NCBI GenBank assembly: GCA_017654855.1
Contig: CM030338.1
Coordinates: 3,224,001 to 3,288,000, forward strand
DNA: 64,000 nucleotides
From: Podospora anserina
Lineage: Eukaryota
Reading direction: 5' to 3'
This document shows, in pieces, positions 25,006 through 37,905 of this stretch. Every line of letters begins with the position of its first letter. Within the stretch, counting starts at the first letter, position 1. A program made the translations under genes and the position numbers. The notes under the pieces are model-generated. The model saw only the letters and a list, made by a program, of their open reading frames with translations. It was not told the origin of the DNA and did no database searches.

Positions 25006-26848
25006 CTATTTCCTCCCCCTCACCAACTTAGCCTCCTCCTCACTATCATCATCCTCATCATCACTCGAAAACTTATCCCCATCCTCCCCAACCGCAAAAA
25101 TCGTCTCCCCATCAAACGAGTCCCTCTCCGGACTGGCCTTCCTCTGCTGCTGCTGCTGCCCCTGCCCAGAAGACGAAGAAGCAACCCCACTCTGCTGAGG
25201 TGGATGCAACACACCACCAGCCACACTCGCCCCAGCAAACCCTCTCTCCTGCTGCTGCTGGTTCTTCCCAATCCTCTGCTCCTCATCCTCATCATCGCTC
25301 TCATCCGGATTCCCAATATCAAGATTGGCAATCTCAAACGTCCCGTCGTCCTCCTGCGCAATCTCGTCACTCATGGCGAAGCGCTTGTTGTTTGCCGTCG
25401 GCCTCCAGACATAGGCGATCCAGGCCACGTCGGCAAAGTAAACAATATTAAGCCAGCCGTCGAGAATGAACCACCTGCTCTTCCAGTGGAAGGGCACAAA
25501 ATCCGGGTCGCTGGCCGAGGCAAAGGTGAAGGAGTTGAAGAAGAAGAAGGCAAAGATGACAATGATGGAGATCAGTATGCCCCACCACAGCTTCTTGTAC
25601 ATGGTCTCCTTGACGTGCTGCTTGCGCTCGCGGAGGTCCTTGAGGGTGAAGTTGAGCGAGTTGAGGGTCCAGACGTAGAAGGCTGTGAGAGTGCCGGCCA
25701 GGGGGAAGACAATCAGGAGTACGAAGGGGCCTAATTGGGTTAGCTTGTGAGCTTCGACAAAGGGGTAGGACTCCTGGCTTACCGGCGTTATCGGGTGTTA
25801 TGACTAAACTTGTCACCGCATAGACAATGCCAAAGACAAAGTGCGCAATGGCGAGCCAACGGACATAGATCATGGTCTTGCCGAGTGTGGGCTTGACGAC
25901 ACCATAACCCATGCAGACGATCAGGAGCAGAAAGAACGAAAACGAGTTGCGCGCAGCGTTCAAGACGGCAACCACGACCAGCAAGATCTTGGACCCAAGA
26001 TTTGACCCATGTCTGTTGAGATAGTCTAGGTCTCGTTAGTGAAACAGTCCACCAACAACATCATGACATGCTCACCATAGAATCCCCATGTCATCAACAT
26101 CTCCACGACGAGGAAGATGAGGATTGCTGTAATATAATTCTGCACAGCCAAGATATCGGTGCGATGCTGATAGTAGAGAAAGCCCCAGTACACCAACACC
26201 AGCGCATAGAGGATCGTTATTCCTCCATAAAACGGCAGCTTCGGGATCTGTGTGGCCGGGAGCTCTCCATATGCGTTTCTAAACTCCACGATAGCCTCGT
26301 AATCATTGTCGGTAAACTGATCGGTAATGACGCAGTAGTAACCAGTCTTGGTGATGGGGTAGTTGATCGGGCTCGCTTTCTTGAGGTGGACGGCCTTGGT
26401 GAGGATCAAGTTTTCGGACTTTTCGGTAGCGTTTGGCGCGAGAATGAATTCACCCAGCTGGGCCTCCTTGCAGTATCCCATCTCGACATCCTTCGGCCGG
26501 CAGATGGCTTCCCTACCGCCACCCTCTTGTCCCACGCCGATGTAGTCTGTGTCCTTCCATTCCACAATCAGGAGACTGGTGATCGGATCGGGTCCCGAGT
26601 CCTTGCCGACGTCGGTGAACTTGACGAGGATAAAGGGGTCGACGGGGCCGCCCCAGGCTTGCTTATCGTACATGCCGGCACATCGTTGCCTGTTTTCGTC
26701 TGTCTGGTCCTGTTATTCCGGCGCATTGTTAGCTCATGGCTAGAGAACAAAGCTGGCAGAGCACAGTGCTCACCAATGCGATCTCCAACGCCTTGGCAGT
26801 CCATGCGGACGACGCCAGTAGGAATAAAGTGGATGCCCAACCCCTCAT
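25006..26848 (-). CDS. PTM1: PTM1 / lung seven-transmembrane receptor-like (TMEM87/GPR107 family), multi-exon
   Basis: Signal peptide MRGWASTLFLLASS; CAGMYDKQAWGGPVDPFI, GYYCV, FRNAYGELPA, NSFSFFLLLIVCMGYGVVKP and WRPTANNKRFAMSDEIAQ. GT-AG introns (first 26710-26773). Confidence 0.9.
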
Positions 26849-27407
26849 GGTGGGTGGTGATGTCGTGTGTGTCTGGCTGTCGTCGAATGTCGGTTCGGGT
26901 TGATGTTAGACAGCGAGCGTACGTGTCTCGATGTGGTCTAGAAAGTTGAAGCGGCGAATTGCACCATGGATTCGACCGTCTCGCGCTTCAGTGTCTGGTG
27001 GCTGCTTTCGTCGGGTGAGACTTGAGTTTCGTCTTGATAAGAAAAAAAGAGGTCGATTTTCAAAAAGTTTAAGATGCAGGCCAGGTTGAAGTTGGAGATG
27101 GGCTGCTACTGCACCGATCACTGTCTGGGGTGCGCTGGTCGACGTTGCGCAAGCTCCCTGCTCCAACGGGCACCCACTGTATGAAACGCAGCTGGAGCCA
27201 ATCAGCACACTGTGCCGTGCGAGGCGTCATCGAGCTGAGCCCCTGGCCCCCTGTCAGATTCAGTTAGTGAATTGCCAGCCGATAAGATAAGAGGTGTGCC
27301 TGACAACCTTCTGGAAATCAACAATTGTTTTGTTTGCTCCCGTCCCGCCATCTCTACGTCACACCCCAATCACCAGTGACCACCCTCCAACCAAACCTGT
27401 CGCAAAG

Positions 27408-29162
27408 ATGGGTAAAGGAACGGACAAGCTATATATCACCCATTCCGAGTGGTCATCCGCCGATGCCTACGGCGCCAGTGTCGGCGCAAATGCAGGATCA
27501 CGCGCGCAACGAACTGGAGCGCATGCGAGCTTCAAGCGCCTTCCCTTCAACTTTTGCGCCGCCAGTCTCCAACCCTTCAAGAACCCAGTTTGCACCGCCG
27601 ACGGCACCATCTTCGACATCGAAGTCATCAGCGCCTGGCTCGAAAAGAAAGGAACGAACCCTGTCGACGGCAAACCACTCTCCGCCAAGGACCTGATCAA
27701 GCTCAACTTTGCGCGCAACGCCGACACCAACAACAGCAACGATCGCAATGGCATCCCCACCGACGGCAAAGGCGACTTCATCGACCCCGTCACCTTCAAG
27801 GTCTTCACCGACAACACCCACATCGTTGCGATCCGCCACGGCAACTACGCCAACGTTTTTGCGTGGGAAACCGTCGAGCGGATGAACATCAAGCCCAAAA
27901 TGTGGCGCGACCTCGTCGACGACGCCGAGTTCGGTCGCAAAGACATCATCACCTTGCAAGACCCCCAAAACGCCGCCAGCCGTGACCTCAGCCAGTTTAA
28001 ACATATTCAAGACGGCGAGGAAGCCGCACTCACCCCAGAACAAGCCGAAACCCGCAAGGAAAGCGGCATCAACATCGACGCCCTGGGAAGAATAGGGGAT
28101 AAAGTCCTCCGCGCAAAAGAAGCCGTCGCCCGCGCCCGTGAGGCTCGCCAGTCGGCATCAGACATCAACCAATCCGCCTCTTCCAAAACCCTCACCAAAT
28201 CTTCTTCCTCCACCACCACCCCGCGCCAATCCCTCATCCAAGAAAAACAAAAACCCTCCAACTCGGCAATCTACACCACCGGCGCCGCCGCCGCCTCCTT
28301 CACCTCCACCGGCCTCACCCCGTCCACTTCCGGCTCGCTAGCCCTCCTCTCAGAAGAAGAATACCTCCTCAAACCCCGCCGCCTCTCCAACAGTAAACAC
28401 CCCGCCTACGTCCGCATTTCCACCACCTTGGGGGACCTAACCCTAGAACTCTTCCCCGAATTCGCCCCCAAAGCCGTCTGGAACTTTTTGCGCTTATCCC
28501 AGAAAGGATACTACAATAACACCCTTTTTCATAGAAACATCAAAAATTTCATGATCCAAGGTGGTGATCCCACTGGTACGGGGAGAGGTGGGACGAGTAT
28601 ATGGAAGAAGACGTTTAATGACGAGCTGGAGGGTCCGTTGAAGCATGATAAACGCGGGGTGGTGAGCATGGCGAATAAGGGGAAGAACACGAACAGCAGT
28701 CAGTTTTTTATCACGTATCGGGAGGCGAGGCATTTGGACAGGAAGCACACCGTTTTTGGGAGGGTGGTTGATTCGGAGGGGACACTAGCAAAAATGGAGG
28801 GGGCGAGGGTGGGGGGGGATAGTAGGCCTTTGGAGGAGATCAAGATCAAGGAGGTGGTGGTATTGCTGGATTGTTTTGAGGAGTTTTTGAGGGAGAAAGG
28901 GGAGAAGGAGAGGGAGGAGGAGAAGAAGAAGGAGGTGGAGAGGAAGGGGGGGACGGAGGATGATAGGACTACTTGGACGGGGAAGAGGTTGAGGGGGGAG
29001 GACGGGGGGGGTGGGAAGGGGGGGGTGGGCAAGTATTTGAAGGAGGTGAAGGGACAGAGACAAGAGGGGGAGGGGGAAGGGGAGACGGATACTTGGGAGG
29101 AACCGGTGAAGAAGAAGACGAGGGTGGGGGGAGGGGGGTTTGGGAATTTTGATGGGTGGTGA
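27408..29162 (+). CDS. PPIL2: U-box + cyclophilin peptidyl-prolyl isomerase-like 2 (PPIL2/Cyp60)
   Basis: MGKGTDKLYITHSEW, U-box FKRLPFNFCAASLQPFKNPV, cyclophilin FHRNIKNFMIQGGDPTGTGRGG...SMANKGKNTNSSQFFIT...LDRKHTVFG. Confidence 0.93.
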   Translation: MGKGTDKLYITHSEWSSADAYGASVGANAGSRAQRTGAHASFKRLPFNFCAASLQPFKNPVCTADGTIFDIEVISAWLEKKGTNPVDGKPLSAKDLIKLNFARNADTNNSNDRNGIPTDGKGDFIDPVTFKVFTDNTHIVAIRHGNYANVFAWETVERMNIKPKMWRDLVDDAEFGRKDIITLQDPQNAASRDLSQFKHIQDGEEAALTPEQAETRKESGINIDALGRIGDKVLRAKEAVARAREARQSASDINQSASSKTLTKSSSSTTTPRQSLIQEKQKPSNSAIYTTGAAAASFTSTGLTPSTSGSLALLSEEEYLLKPRRLSNSKHPAYVRISTTLGDLTLELFPEFAPKAVWNFLRLSQKGYYNNTLFHRNIKNFMIQGGDPTGTGRGGTSIWKKTFNDELEGPLKHDKRGVVSMANKGKNTNSSQFFITYREARHLDRKHTVFGRVVDSEGTLAKMEGARVGGDSRPLEEIKIKEVVVLLDCFEEFLREKGEKEREEEKKKEVERKGGTEDDRTTWTGKRLRGEDGGGGKGGVGKYLKEVKGQRQEGEGEGETDTWEEPVKKKTRVGGGGFGNFDGW

Positions 29163-29459
29163 TTATGGGTGGAAAAAGCATTGTTGGCGTTTGGGGGTTA
29201 CCTGAACAATGCGAATGATTCATGTGTATATGTTGGCAGGAAAAGCGGCAATAAAAATAAAAATTTCGTCACACTGCAAGAAGTGGCTTTTGTAATAAAT
29301 CTTTCGAGATTTCATGATTTCAGGTCATCATCACATCTGCCTTTCTCATCAGCGGCAGCGGCCATAATAATATACAAAAAAAACAACAACAAAATGTACA
29401 AGAATTTCACCCCAATCATATAGTCTGGTATCATTCATCATCTTTTCCCCTTCCATTCT

Positions 29460-31634
29460 TCAAACCCAAACCAAATCCCCCCCCCCAACCCCCACCCCCA
29501 AATCATCCCCCATATACTCCATCGGCACCTGCAACGGCGACAACCCCAATCCATACAACCCCCCTCCATTCCCCCACCCATCATGCGATAGCATATCCGG
29601 CGACAACAACAGCCCATCTCCCCCCATTGTCTGCTCCAAAGTAGGATCAATCCAGTCCACCCCGCCAACACCCCCCTCATCAGCAATAAGATTAGCCAGC
29701 GCATCCGCCTGCTTGATCCCCGTCTCCATCGTCACCATTCTCAGTCTTCCCACAACCCAGTGTTTCATTTCTTCGGTGCAAGCAGTGCTCATCCCCACCA
29801 GATACAACGGCCAGACGACGGTGCTGGTTGCTGAGACGAGGAGCATGTACCGCTCTGCTTCGTCGTCTTCGTCGCGGGCTTTTGTCACGTCGAGGATTGT
29901 CAGGCCGGCGAGGTGACGGCGGGGTTCGGAAGGGCTGGTGGAGTCGCACGATCGAGAGGAAGGCGAGGTTGGTGGGCTGGGGGTCTCGCGGACCTCGACG
30001 GTGGCGATGCGGGCGGAGGTGTCGTCTTCGTCTTGGGAGCCGATGGAGCCGTCTACTGGGTCCATTAGTCCTAGGTGTTGGGGGACCGAGGCGCAGATAT
30101 CGTAGACGAGGCGTTTAAGTTTACGGCGGGCGTGGTTGTATTCTTCGATGTAGCGGCTCGAATTGAGACGTGGGTTGAAAGAGGAAAAGTCCTCGGATAT
30201 TTGAGACAGAATGGTCTCCAGTATCAGAATGCGGGTGGTCCGGATGCAATTCCAGATGTTGGCATGGTGGAGGGAGGGGTATAGGTGGCAGTAGCCCTCG
30301 AAGACGGCGTCGTGGTGCTGGGTTACCTTGAACTGACGGTATCGCCATGACGGGGCCATGTTGTCTGTCACTTTTTCGAGGTCGTTCTCGATAGAGAGGA
30401 TTTGCTCGACAATGATCTCTGGATCGGTAAGGACATGATTCTTGATATCGTGACGGAGTTGAAGAACCCGCCACACCAGGGGCATGAGGTGTCTGGTAGG
30501 GTCCTCAGGCTCCAAAGTCTTGGCCATCTCATGCCAGAGCTCCTTCAAGTGTTGTGGCATAGGCATATCTTTCATTGCGCAGCTGATCACAACTCTTTGG
30601 CAGAGCATCGAAAACATTCGTCTTCCGGCTCGGGTCTGGAACTGGGCTGGTCCTCGTATTCTAGCCAAGGCGGCAGCACCGTTGACATGCTCCTGGAAAG
30701 CAGTGACTGTTCGTGCTCGCGCTGGGCTCTCGGCCATCATTTCAAAGACACCGAGGATCAAGATGGAAAGCATGGTGCTGTCCTTGACCGCCTCTGCCGG
30801 ATCTTTCAACGCATCCTTGGTCAGTCCCAACGCTACCCCGTACGACTTCCTCGCAGCATCCATCAGATCGTTCCTCCGTTGTAAACTAGCCATGCCCATC
30901 AGTCCCACCGCTGTCAAGCTGGCGAGGACAGAGTCGACCTGCCGCTCCCGCTTGGTTCGGGAGGGCTTCCAGACTTCTCGGACAAAGTCGAATTTCTGGT
31001 GACAGGCCGTTTCGTGTGCTGTCACAAATCGTGAAAAGAAGAAGGCAAAGCCGTGTTCCTGGCATACCGCCGGAATGTTGTAGAGTGCCATGGCGGGAGG
31101 TGTTGTTGGCCAGCTTCCCGACTCTGGTGACATCAGTAGGCTGTCGTCGAATCCCCATGCATCCGAATCTGCGGGACTGGTTGGGGCTGGCGTGGCGGGA
31201 ACTGCTATCGTTACCGATGGCTTTCCCCGAGGTTCTGGTGTGACTGACAACCTCCCCTCGGATCCAGACGGTGTTGATGGCTCGACGATCAGATTCCCCT
31301 TCTTGCGGGCCCTCGCCTTGGCCTTCTTGATGACGTGGGAGCTCTCATCGCGGAACATGAGATCCACTAGATTTCGATAGCCAGGGCATGTCTGATGCCT
31401 CTTTTCGCACTGGCCGCATCCTGGTGCTCTCTGATCACACTGGGCGCTATGTTAGCCAGGACGGTGGCTTGATAGTGAGGGCAGAAGATGGAGTCGCGGT
31501 GGATTGTCTGCTGATTATACGAGCACCCTTGAGTGGGATCGGTGGCAAATAGGCTGAAGGAAATGGCTACTCACGCGAATCTTTCGATCACGACAGTTGG
31601 AGCATCCTTTACTTGGCTTCCCACAATAGACCAT
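29460..31634 (-). CDS. Zn(II)2Cys6 fungal transcription factor; intron 31440-31574
   Basis: Spliced N-terminus MVYCGKPSKGCSNCRDRKIR|CDQRAPGCGQCEKRHQTCPGY, followed by a fungal-specific TF domain (HVNGAAALARIRGPAQF). Confidence 0.9.
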
Positions 31635-33021
31635 TTTGAAGATTGGAACTGGCCGGTTGATGCCAAACACGGTACAAGACCCGGGTTGAACACAACGCGT
31701 CTGACGGCACAGTCTCACTCGCCGCTGGCATCGACCAAAGAGCCTCAAGTTAGCTCCCGAGCTGGGGTCGGTCGTCCGTCTCAGTGGCCGTCTGCTATGG
31801 CTGCTCACCGGGAGGGAGCTGGCGCTATCCGGAAGGAGGCACAAGGCAGTCGTTGAGGATGTCGAATGAGAACGAGAATGCTGTGTTTGAGTGGCGGCCG
31901 AGGTGTGGGGAGAATGCCTAGGAAGGAGCCTGTCCGGCTGAGGTCTTATAATAAGCAGAGTTGGGGTGTGGAGGATGGAGGAGGTGCACAGGAGGCCGCA
32001 GGTTCAAGTCTGGGGCGGTTGAGGTTGACCAGAGTTGTATCGTGTCTCCCGCGGAACCCTTGAGTCAATTCCTCGGTTCATGGGTTGATTTTCATAGGGC
32101 TATGGGCTGCAACTGGCTGCGAATGTGATGAAGATGGAGAAAACGCCAAGCAGCCCCCGCTGCCCACGACATGATATTGCCCACACAGCCCCTGACAGCG
32201 GCACCACAGCCTCTAGTTAGACGGGTACCTTGGCGCTCGGGGCAACTGGGCATGTTGCTGTCGTGAAGCGAGACCTTCACCATGTGTTTGAACCCTCGAT
32301 TCTCGATGGTGTTGTCACCATCTAACCATTGGTCGGTGCTGGTGTGGAGCAGAGACGAAGACGACAGGGGTCTTTCCTAGTTGGGACACCTGTGCGAAGG
32401 CGTTCTCCCAGCAGAAGGGGACATGATCAGACTTGGCGGTGCTCCCAGACGAGACCGGGGTTCGAAGCTTAAAAAGGTCCCCGCGAGATCTGATTCGTCA
32501 ACGAGATCACCTCAAGCGAGAAGGGGAAGAGCTCGCTATGGGTGGTCATGGCGCCCATGGCTGGCGATGGCTGCATGCTGGATCTGGAGAGCCCTTCTAG
32601 AAACATTCTCTCGCCGGCGTGGCTGCTCACTTATGTGCCGCCAAGTGCGGAATACGGGATGGAAAATGTCGAGAGTGTGCGGAATTGCCAGTCCAGAAGA
32701 CGTTTCGGGGCGTTTGAGATGCTGTGATGCCGTCACCGCCCATACTTAAACGACGTCGAGCTAGCTAGCGAGGGGGTGGATACGGCTGCCTCTGCCTAGA
32801 CAAAGCGTCGACACGTACCATGGCACGATGCTGTTTTATATTATGACTGATTTGCCGGATGGAAGGGCATATGGCTGGCAGACTTGTCTTGACACGGTAT
32901 ATCGAGGATCATCGTTGTTGAAGACATCTTCAGGACCGAGCGGGGAGTTGTGTTCGGTCAGCATGTGACATTGGTCCCCCCACGAACGTCATTGAGCACC
33001 GGGCACCGGATGGAGATGCTC

Positions 33022-33048
33022 TGTGTGTGTGTGTGTGTGTGTGTGTGT
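33022..33048. repeat. (TG)n microsatellite
   Basis: Direct sequence. Confidence 0.9.
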
Positions 33049-34713
33049 AGCAACTGCAGACGCCCGAAGGCAGGTCGGTCTTTGGCGAATAGCGTCTCGG
33101 TGTAACGTCCCAAAGATGGAATCATCTTGAGGCGAGAGACTTTCTCGCAGCAAAGGTTGTAAGTGGCCGAATCTGGACAAAATATCCAAGAGGCGCAGAA
33201 GGGCTTCCCTTCCCTTCCCTTCCCTTCACCAGATGTCAAATCACGCAGATCCTCCAGATGGCGCTAACCCGCACACAGCCCTACACTAGACTCCATCAGG
33301 CAAAGCTGGGGGAAAAGCCCATGCATTGACCACTTCTTACAACAATTAAACATAGCCCCTTGCCAGAGCATCAATCACGATTCCACGAAGCTTATGGCTG
33401 CAGAACGCCATGCAGGGACCGGCAGATGTCAGTTCTGGCCTTCCTATTCTGTCGAGTATTTCGAACACAACCCCAGGCAGAGGCTTAACACCATGCATCT
33501 GTAGCTCAAGTTATTACGAGCGCGCAAATTAGGGGATGGATGCGGCATAAGATGGATGGAGATTATACTCATGGGGCAGTATATGGGATTCCCGACAGTC
33601 AGGAGAGTTGTCGGGCCGCTGTGCTATTGGTACGCTGTGGAACTTTCTCTACCACTGCCGGCGCTTGTGAGGAAGTGGCACTTGTGGCTGTGTTTCAATA
33701 TTTTGTCGACACATTGGCGTCTAGCATCTTGAATCACACTGCGGCATTGTGGCTTCTTGTAGTCATGTGTCGCATATGTCGGCAGTCAGAGTCGAGTGTT
33801 TTGAAGCCAGTAAGTAGACTGCATGTAGAACAGTGGTTGATGAGTGTAGGATGAAGATCAGTGATCAATCAGTGTTTGCGTGGGATCCAATGATGTTCTT
33901 GGCATTATCGGGCCGAGCCCGGATCCCAGATCGGTTCGGGACCCGTTTCCCCCACTTCGGATGAACCCCACTACCCACCTAACCCCTTCTGTCCAATGAG
34001 ACAATTTGGATTGACTTCCTGTAGTGCACAGTAAAGTACCACAACCACCACAGCTCTCGATTGTCCAACATGAACTCATAGGCCAGGATACGCGAAAATT
34101 GCGATATCAAAAATAAGGCTGATCGTCACACGAATCCATATTCAAGATCTTGTTCTACAACCTCTTGGTCGGGGCGGCTTACCCCGCCCGAGCTTATCCT
34201 TGAGTTCCCGGGGCTTTGAGGCTCCTAGGCACACCGCAGACAAGGCTGCGGGCTATACCTACCAACCACAACCAACAACGCCCATCATATGAGCACCGGC
34301 AGTGGGACGTTGGATCTTTGAATCAAAACACCTGAAATCTTCATCGGTTCACAGTAGCTACCTTACGTTTGGGGGATACCCTCCAAGCTGGGCACTTGGG
34401 CAAAATGCTGCATTCATGTTTGTCATCGACCTACCCATGAGCCTTCTTGCTGATGGACATCAAATACTCCGTACACTGGTTGTCACGCGTCCGGTCACGC
34501 AGCCAAAGAGCTACCATCATCTCCGCCCGATTGGCCAAGCCAGCAACCCGCATCAATATTATCGCAGGCCGACGAATCAGCCTGGTAGGGTGAGGCAGCA
34601 ACAAGGCCCCCTCAGGCGTTACACCGATCTTTCCACGGACGTCATTCATGAAAACCTCGTTTACTCCTGAAGGCTTCTGAATTTACTTTCAAATACAAAC
34701 ATTGCGGAGAACT

Positions 34714-36966
34714 ATGAAGAAGGTAATGAATATAATGCAGAGAAAGGGACAGCGGTGCAGTCCACGAGTGGAAGAAGTTGAGGGTAGTAGGCCGATTTCT
34801 ACGTCCCCTACAACCCTTTGCTCAGCTTGCACCAGCCTCATATATCCTCACCCTATGGACCTTAGGGTGAAGCGATATGGGACGTTTAGATTATGCCACC
34901 ATGATCAGCTGTCCTTTCGAGACGCCGTGCAAAACGGCTGCGCGATCTGCTGCATTGTCATGCAAGACGTCAGACTTCGTGGGCTCAGAAAGGGGAAACA
35001 AAAGTCAGGGGTAGAACCAGACTGCCAGTTTCCTGACACTACATCATCTACAATCACCAGTGGACCAGAAGATTGGATCAAACATGGCAAGCACATTTTC
35101 ATTGCTACATACCGGAACGAGCATGAATACACCTTCACCAGCCTCACTTTGGTCCCAGACTTTGGTAAGACCCCGTTCGTTACCAGACACTACTCATCGG
35201 AAAGCTTGTCAGTATTCTGAGTTCATCAAACTACACACAGATAATTTGCGGGCTCATCACATGCACCGCGATATATCGCGGGACAATGATACATCAGCGG
35301 GGACAAGTCCAACCATGCGCCTGGCCATTCATTGGCTTAGACATTGTCAAACATCTCATAAGGAATGCGCATCAACACTGGAACCCTCGGGTCGCAATAC
35401 AGCTAACCTTCCTTCGCGGCTTCTGGATATCGGACCCGAAGCGACTGGAAGCTTGAGACTCGTGTTAACCGGAGAGGACGGGGTGGACGCCCGAGCCCAG
35501 TACATTACTCTGAGCTACATGTGGGGGTAAAGATTCAGCGGGTCATGCTTTTATCTTCAACCTTAGACTCCTTCCGCCAGGGACTGCCGATCAGTGAGCT
35601 TCCTCGAACATTTCAGGATCTGATTGTGCTTGCCCGGGCATTCGGCGTTCGTTACATGTGGATCGATGCCCTCTGCATCATCCAGGACTCTACTGAAGAC
35701 TGGGAGCACGAAGGTGCCGCCATGTGGAAGGTTTACGCGAATTCGCTTTGTACAATTGCAGCTACCGCCTCTATAAGTCCAGAAGATGGCTTGTTTCGGA
35801 AGAGAGACCCCGTACCATTCACTCGACAGATCAAGGCTCCTAGCGGACATCCATGTCGCGACAATCATGATTATCATGTTTTCGATCCAGGCTTCGCAGA
35901 AAGGTGTATTTCCAGTGGGCCATTACAGTCAAGAGGCTGGGCATTCCAGGAGCGAATCATGTCGCCACGGGTTCTTCATTTTTCAGACAGCCAGATGCTG
36001 TGGGAATGTCGCAAAGAGACCCAGTGCGAAGCAGCTCCTTTCTATACGACTCTTCTGTCCCAGAAGAGCACAAAAGGGTCAATCCAACATCAAGGAATGA
36101 GGAACAGACTGGAAGTGACTGCGGACCACGACGCGGAATCGTCTGCCTCCTTATCTTCGTCGACACCTGCGAGAAACCATGTTGGGAAAGAATATGATGT
36201 GTTTCTGGATGGTTGGAAATCAGTTGTCGCGATCTACTCAAACTGTAGCTTGACCTATGACGAGGACAAGCTACCTGCTTTGGCGGGCCTAGCCAAGGCA
36301 TTTCTACGAGACAAACCAGCTCGCACGTATCTTGCAGGCATGTGGAGAGAGAATCTTGAAGGGCAGTTAGGCTGGAAGGTGAACACTCCGGGAAACAGAC
36401 TCTCCACTCCTTACCGCGCACCTTCGTGGTTCTGGGCATCGGTGACCAGTGCTATTGAACCGTCCTTATATTATAAGCTGGAGAAGCTCGGCCACTGTTT
36501 CTATACCATCCCGAGGATTGAAAGCGTCAGCTGTGTAACTAAAGGACCACAGTATTTCGGAAGGGTCTTGAGAGCACACCTTGAGGTCTCCGGTTACCTG
36601 GTTTTCCCAATTGTTCATAGTATTGACGGTGAAAAGGAACCCCAGACCTGCCAGTTGCGGATTGAACACACGTTTATGTCTGCGTGCCTGTGCTGGGATA
36701 CTGTGGATGTCCGTGCTAGTGTCGGGTTCACAATTACATGTCTACCCCTTGGTATAGAGTATGATACTCGTATTATTACTTGTATTATACTGGAGCAGGT
36801 TGGGGGGAATTCACCCATCAAGTATCAGCGAGTTGGTTTATTGAAGGTTACTTTCGGTCATGATCGCAGTGACCAGCTTTGGAGGTTCGGAATAGAAAAG
36901 GGGATAAAAGAAAATCGGTCTGTTGCCAAGTATAACAAGGAGTTTTCTGTCATACATATTGTATGA
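34714..36966 (+). pseudogene. HET-domain (PF06985-type) heterokaryon incompatibility protein with a 1-bp frameshift at ~35525; intron 35165-35240
   Basis: HWLRHC..H, LPSRLLDIG and YITLSYMWG* continue in another frame as ELPRTFQD, RYMWIDALCIIQDS..DW..E...MWKVYANSLCTIAA, LQSRGWAFQERIMSPRVLHF, DKLPALAGLA and YRAPSWFWAS. Confidence 0.8.
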
Positions 36967-37071
36967 AAGAATTCGAGCGGACATTTAGCAGAATGCCAGG
37001 TGATGGACAAAGGGACAGAATAAAATTAATACACATAGCCCGACAATTATATCCATCGTGACCTCTTCCCA

Positions 37072-37905
37072 TCAATAAACCTCAAACTTTCTTTCTCTCC
37101 ACCTCCCAACCGGCACAGCACTCGGCTGCCTGTTTAACGTCAACCCAGCGCCCTCCAATATCAACACAACCATCATCTCCATAATCACTCCCATCCCAAG
37201 AAAATACCACACAAAACTCCCCACCCCGCCATAACTCTTAAACCTCGGATCTGTCCCAAATGTAGCCAACCCTGAGAACACGATCCTGACAATCATAAAC
37301 GGCGACGCCAGCCCAACTCCAAACAACAACCTCTTCTCCCCTGGCTCCACCGCCCCTATCTCCACCATCGTCACCAACGTCCCCAAAACTACAAACCCCA
37401 ACCCAGCCATAGTCAACCCCAACCCAGCCTGGCTCTCATTCGGCACAGTCACCACCTCCGCCTGCTGTCCCGTCGTCCCACTAACCGCATCTCCAATCTC
37501 ACCACTCATCATACTCTGCCCTACAATCGAAAGTATCAACCCTATCAACATCACCACTTGCGCAAGTCTCTGGTGGCGTGGGCTGATGAACGTCTGGGTT
37601 CCTTGTTGTCGGATACCCAGGAGGACTCGGCCTAAAAGGTTGGAGAGGCAGATGACGAGGGCGGAGACGCCGATGGAGTACATTACTTGAGAGGCGACGA
37701 TGAGGTTGGGGTTGGAGGGGGAGGCGATGGTGGCTAGGTTGAGGGAGGAGCCGACGATGCGGGTGGTGGTGAAGATTATGAGGTAGAGCCAGCCGGCGTT
37801 TTTGCGGAAGCCATGGCGGGTGGAGAGGAGGATGGCGATGAGGAGGGCGGGGGTGTAGATTGCTAGCTCGACGATGGAGATGCTGTTGAGGGGGTGGAGG
37901 GCCAT
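37072..37905 (-). CDS. Fungal 7-TM membrane protein (RTA1-like superfamily, uncharacterised)
   Basis: 277 aa from ATG 37905 with about seven hydrophobic helices; RHGF...GWLYLIIF..RIVG and PFMIVRIVF motifs. Confidence 0.75.
   Translation of the reverse strand: MALHPLNSISIVELAIYTPALLIAILLSTRHGFRKNAGWLYLIIFTTTRIVGSSLNLATIASPSNPNLIVASQVMYSIGVSALVICLSNLLGRVLLGIRQQGTQTFISPRHQRLAQVVMLIGLILSIVGQSMMSGEIGDAVSGTTGQQAEVVTVPNESQAGLGLTMAGLGFVVLGTLVTMVEIGAVEPGEKRLLFGVGLASPFMIVRIVFSGLATFGTDPRFKSYGGVGSFVWYFLGMGVIMEMMVVLILEGAGLTLNRQPSAVPVGRWRERKFEVY

Noticed and set aside
35527-35538. GTAAAGATTCAG as a micro-intron rescuing the HET frameshift
   Set aside because: At 12 nt it is too short, has no branch point, and would not change the frame.
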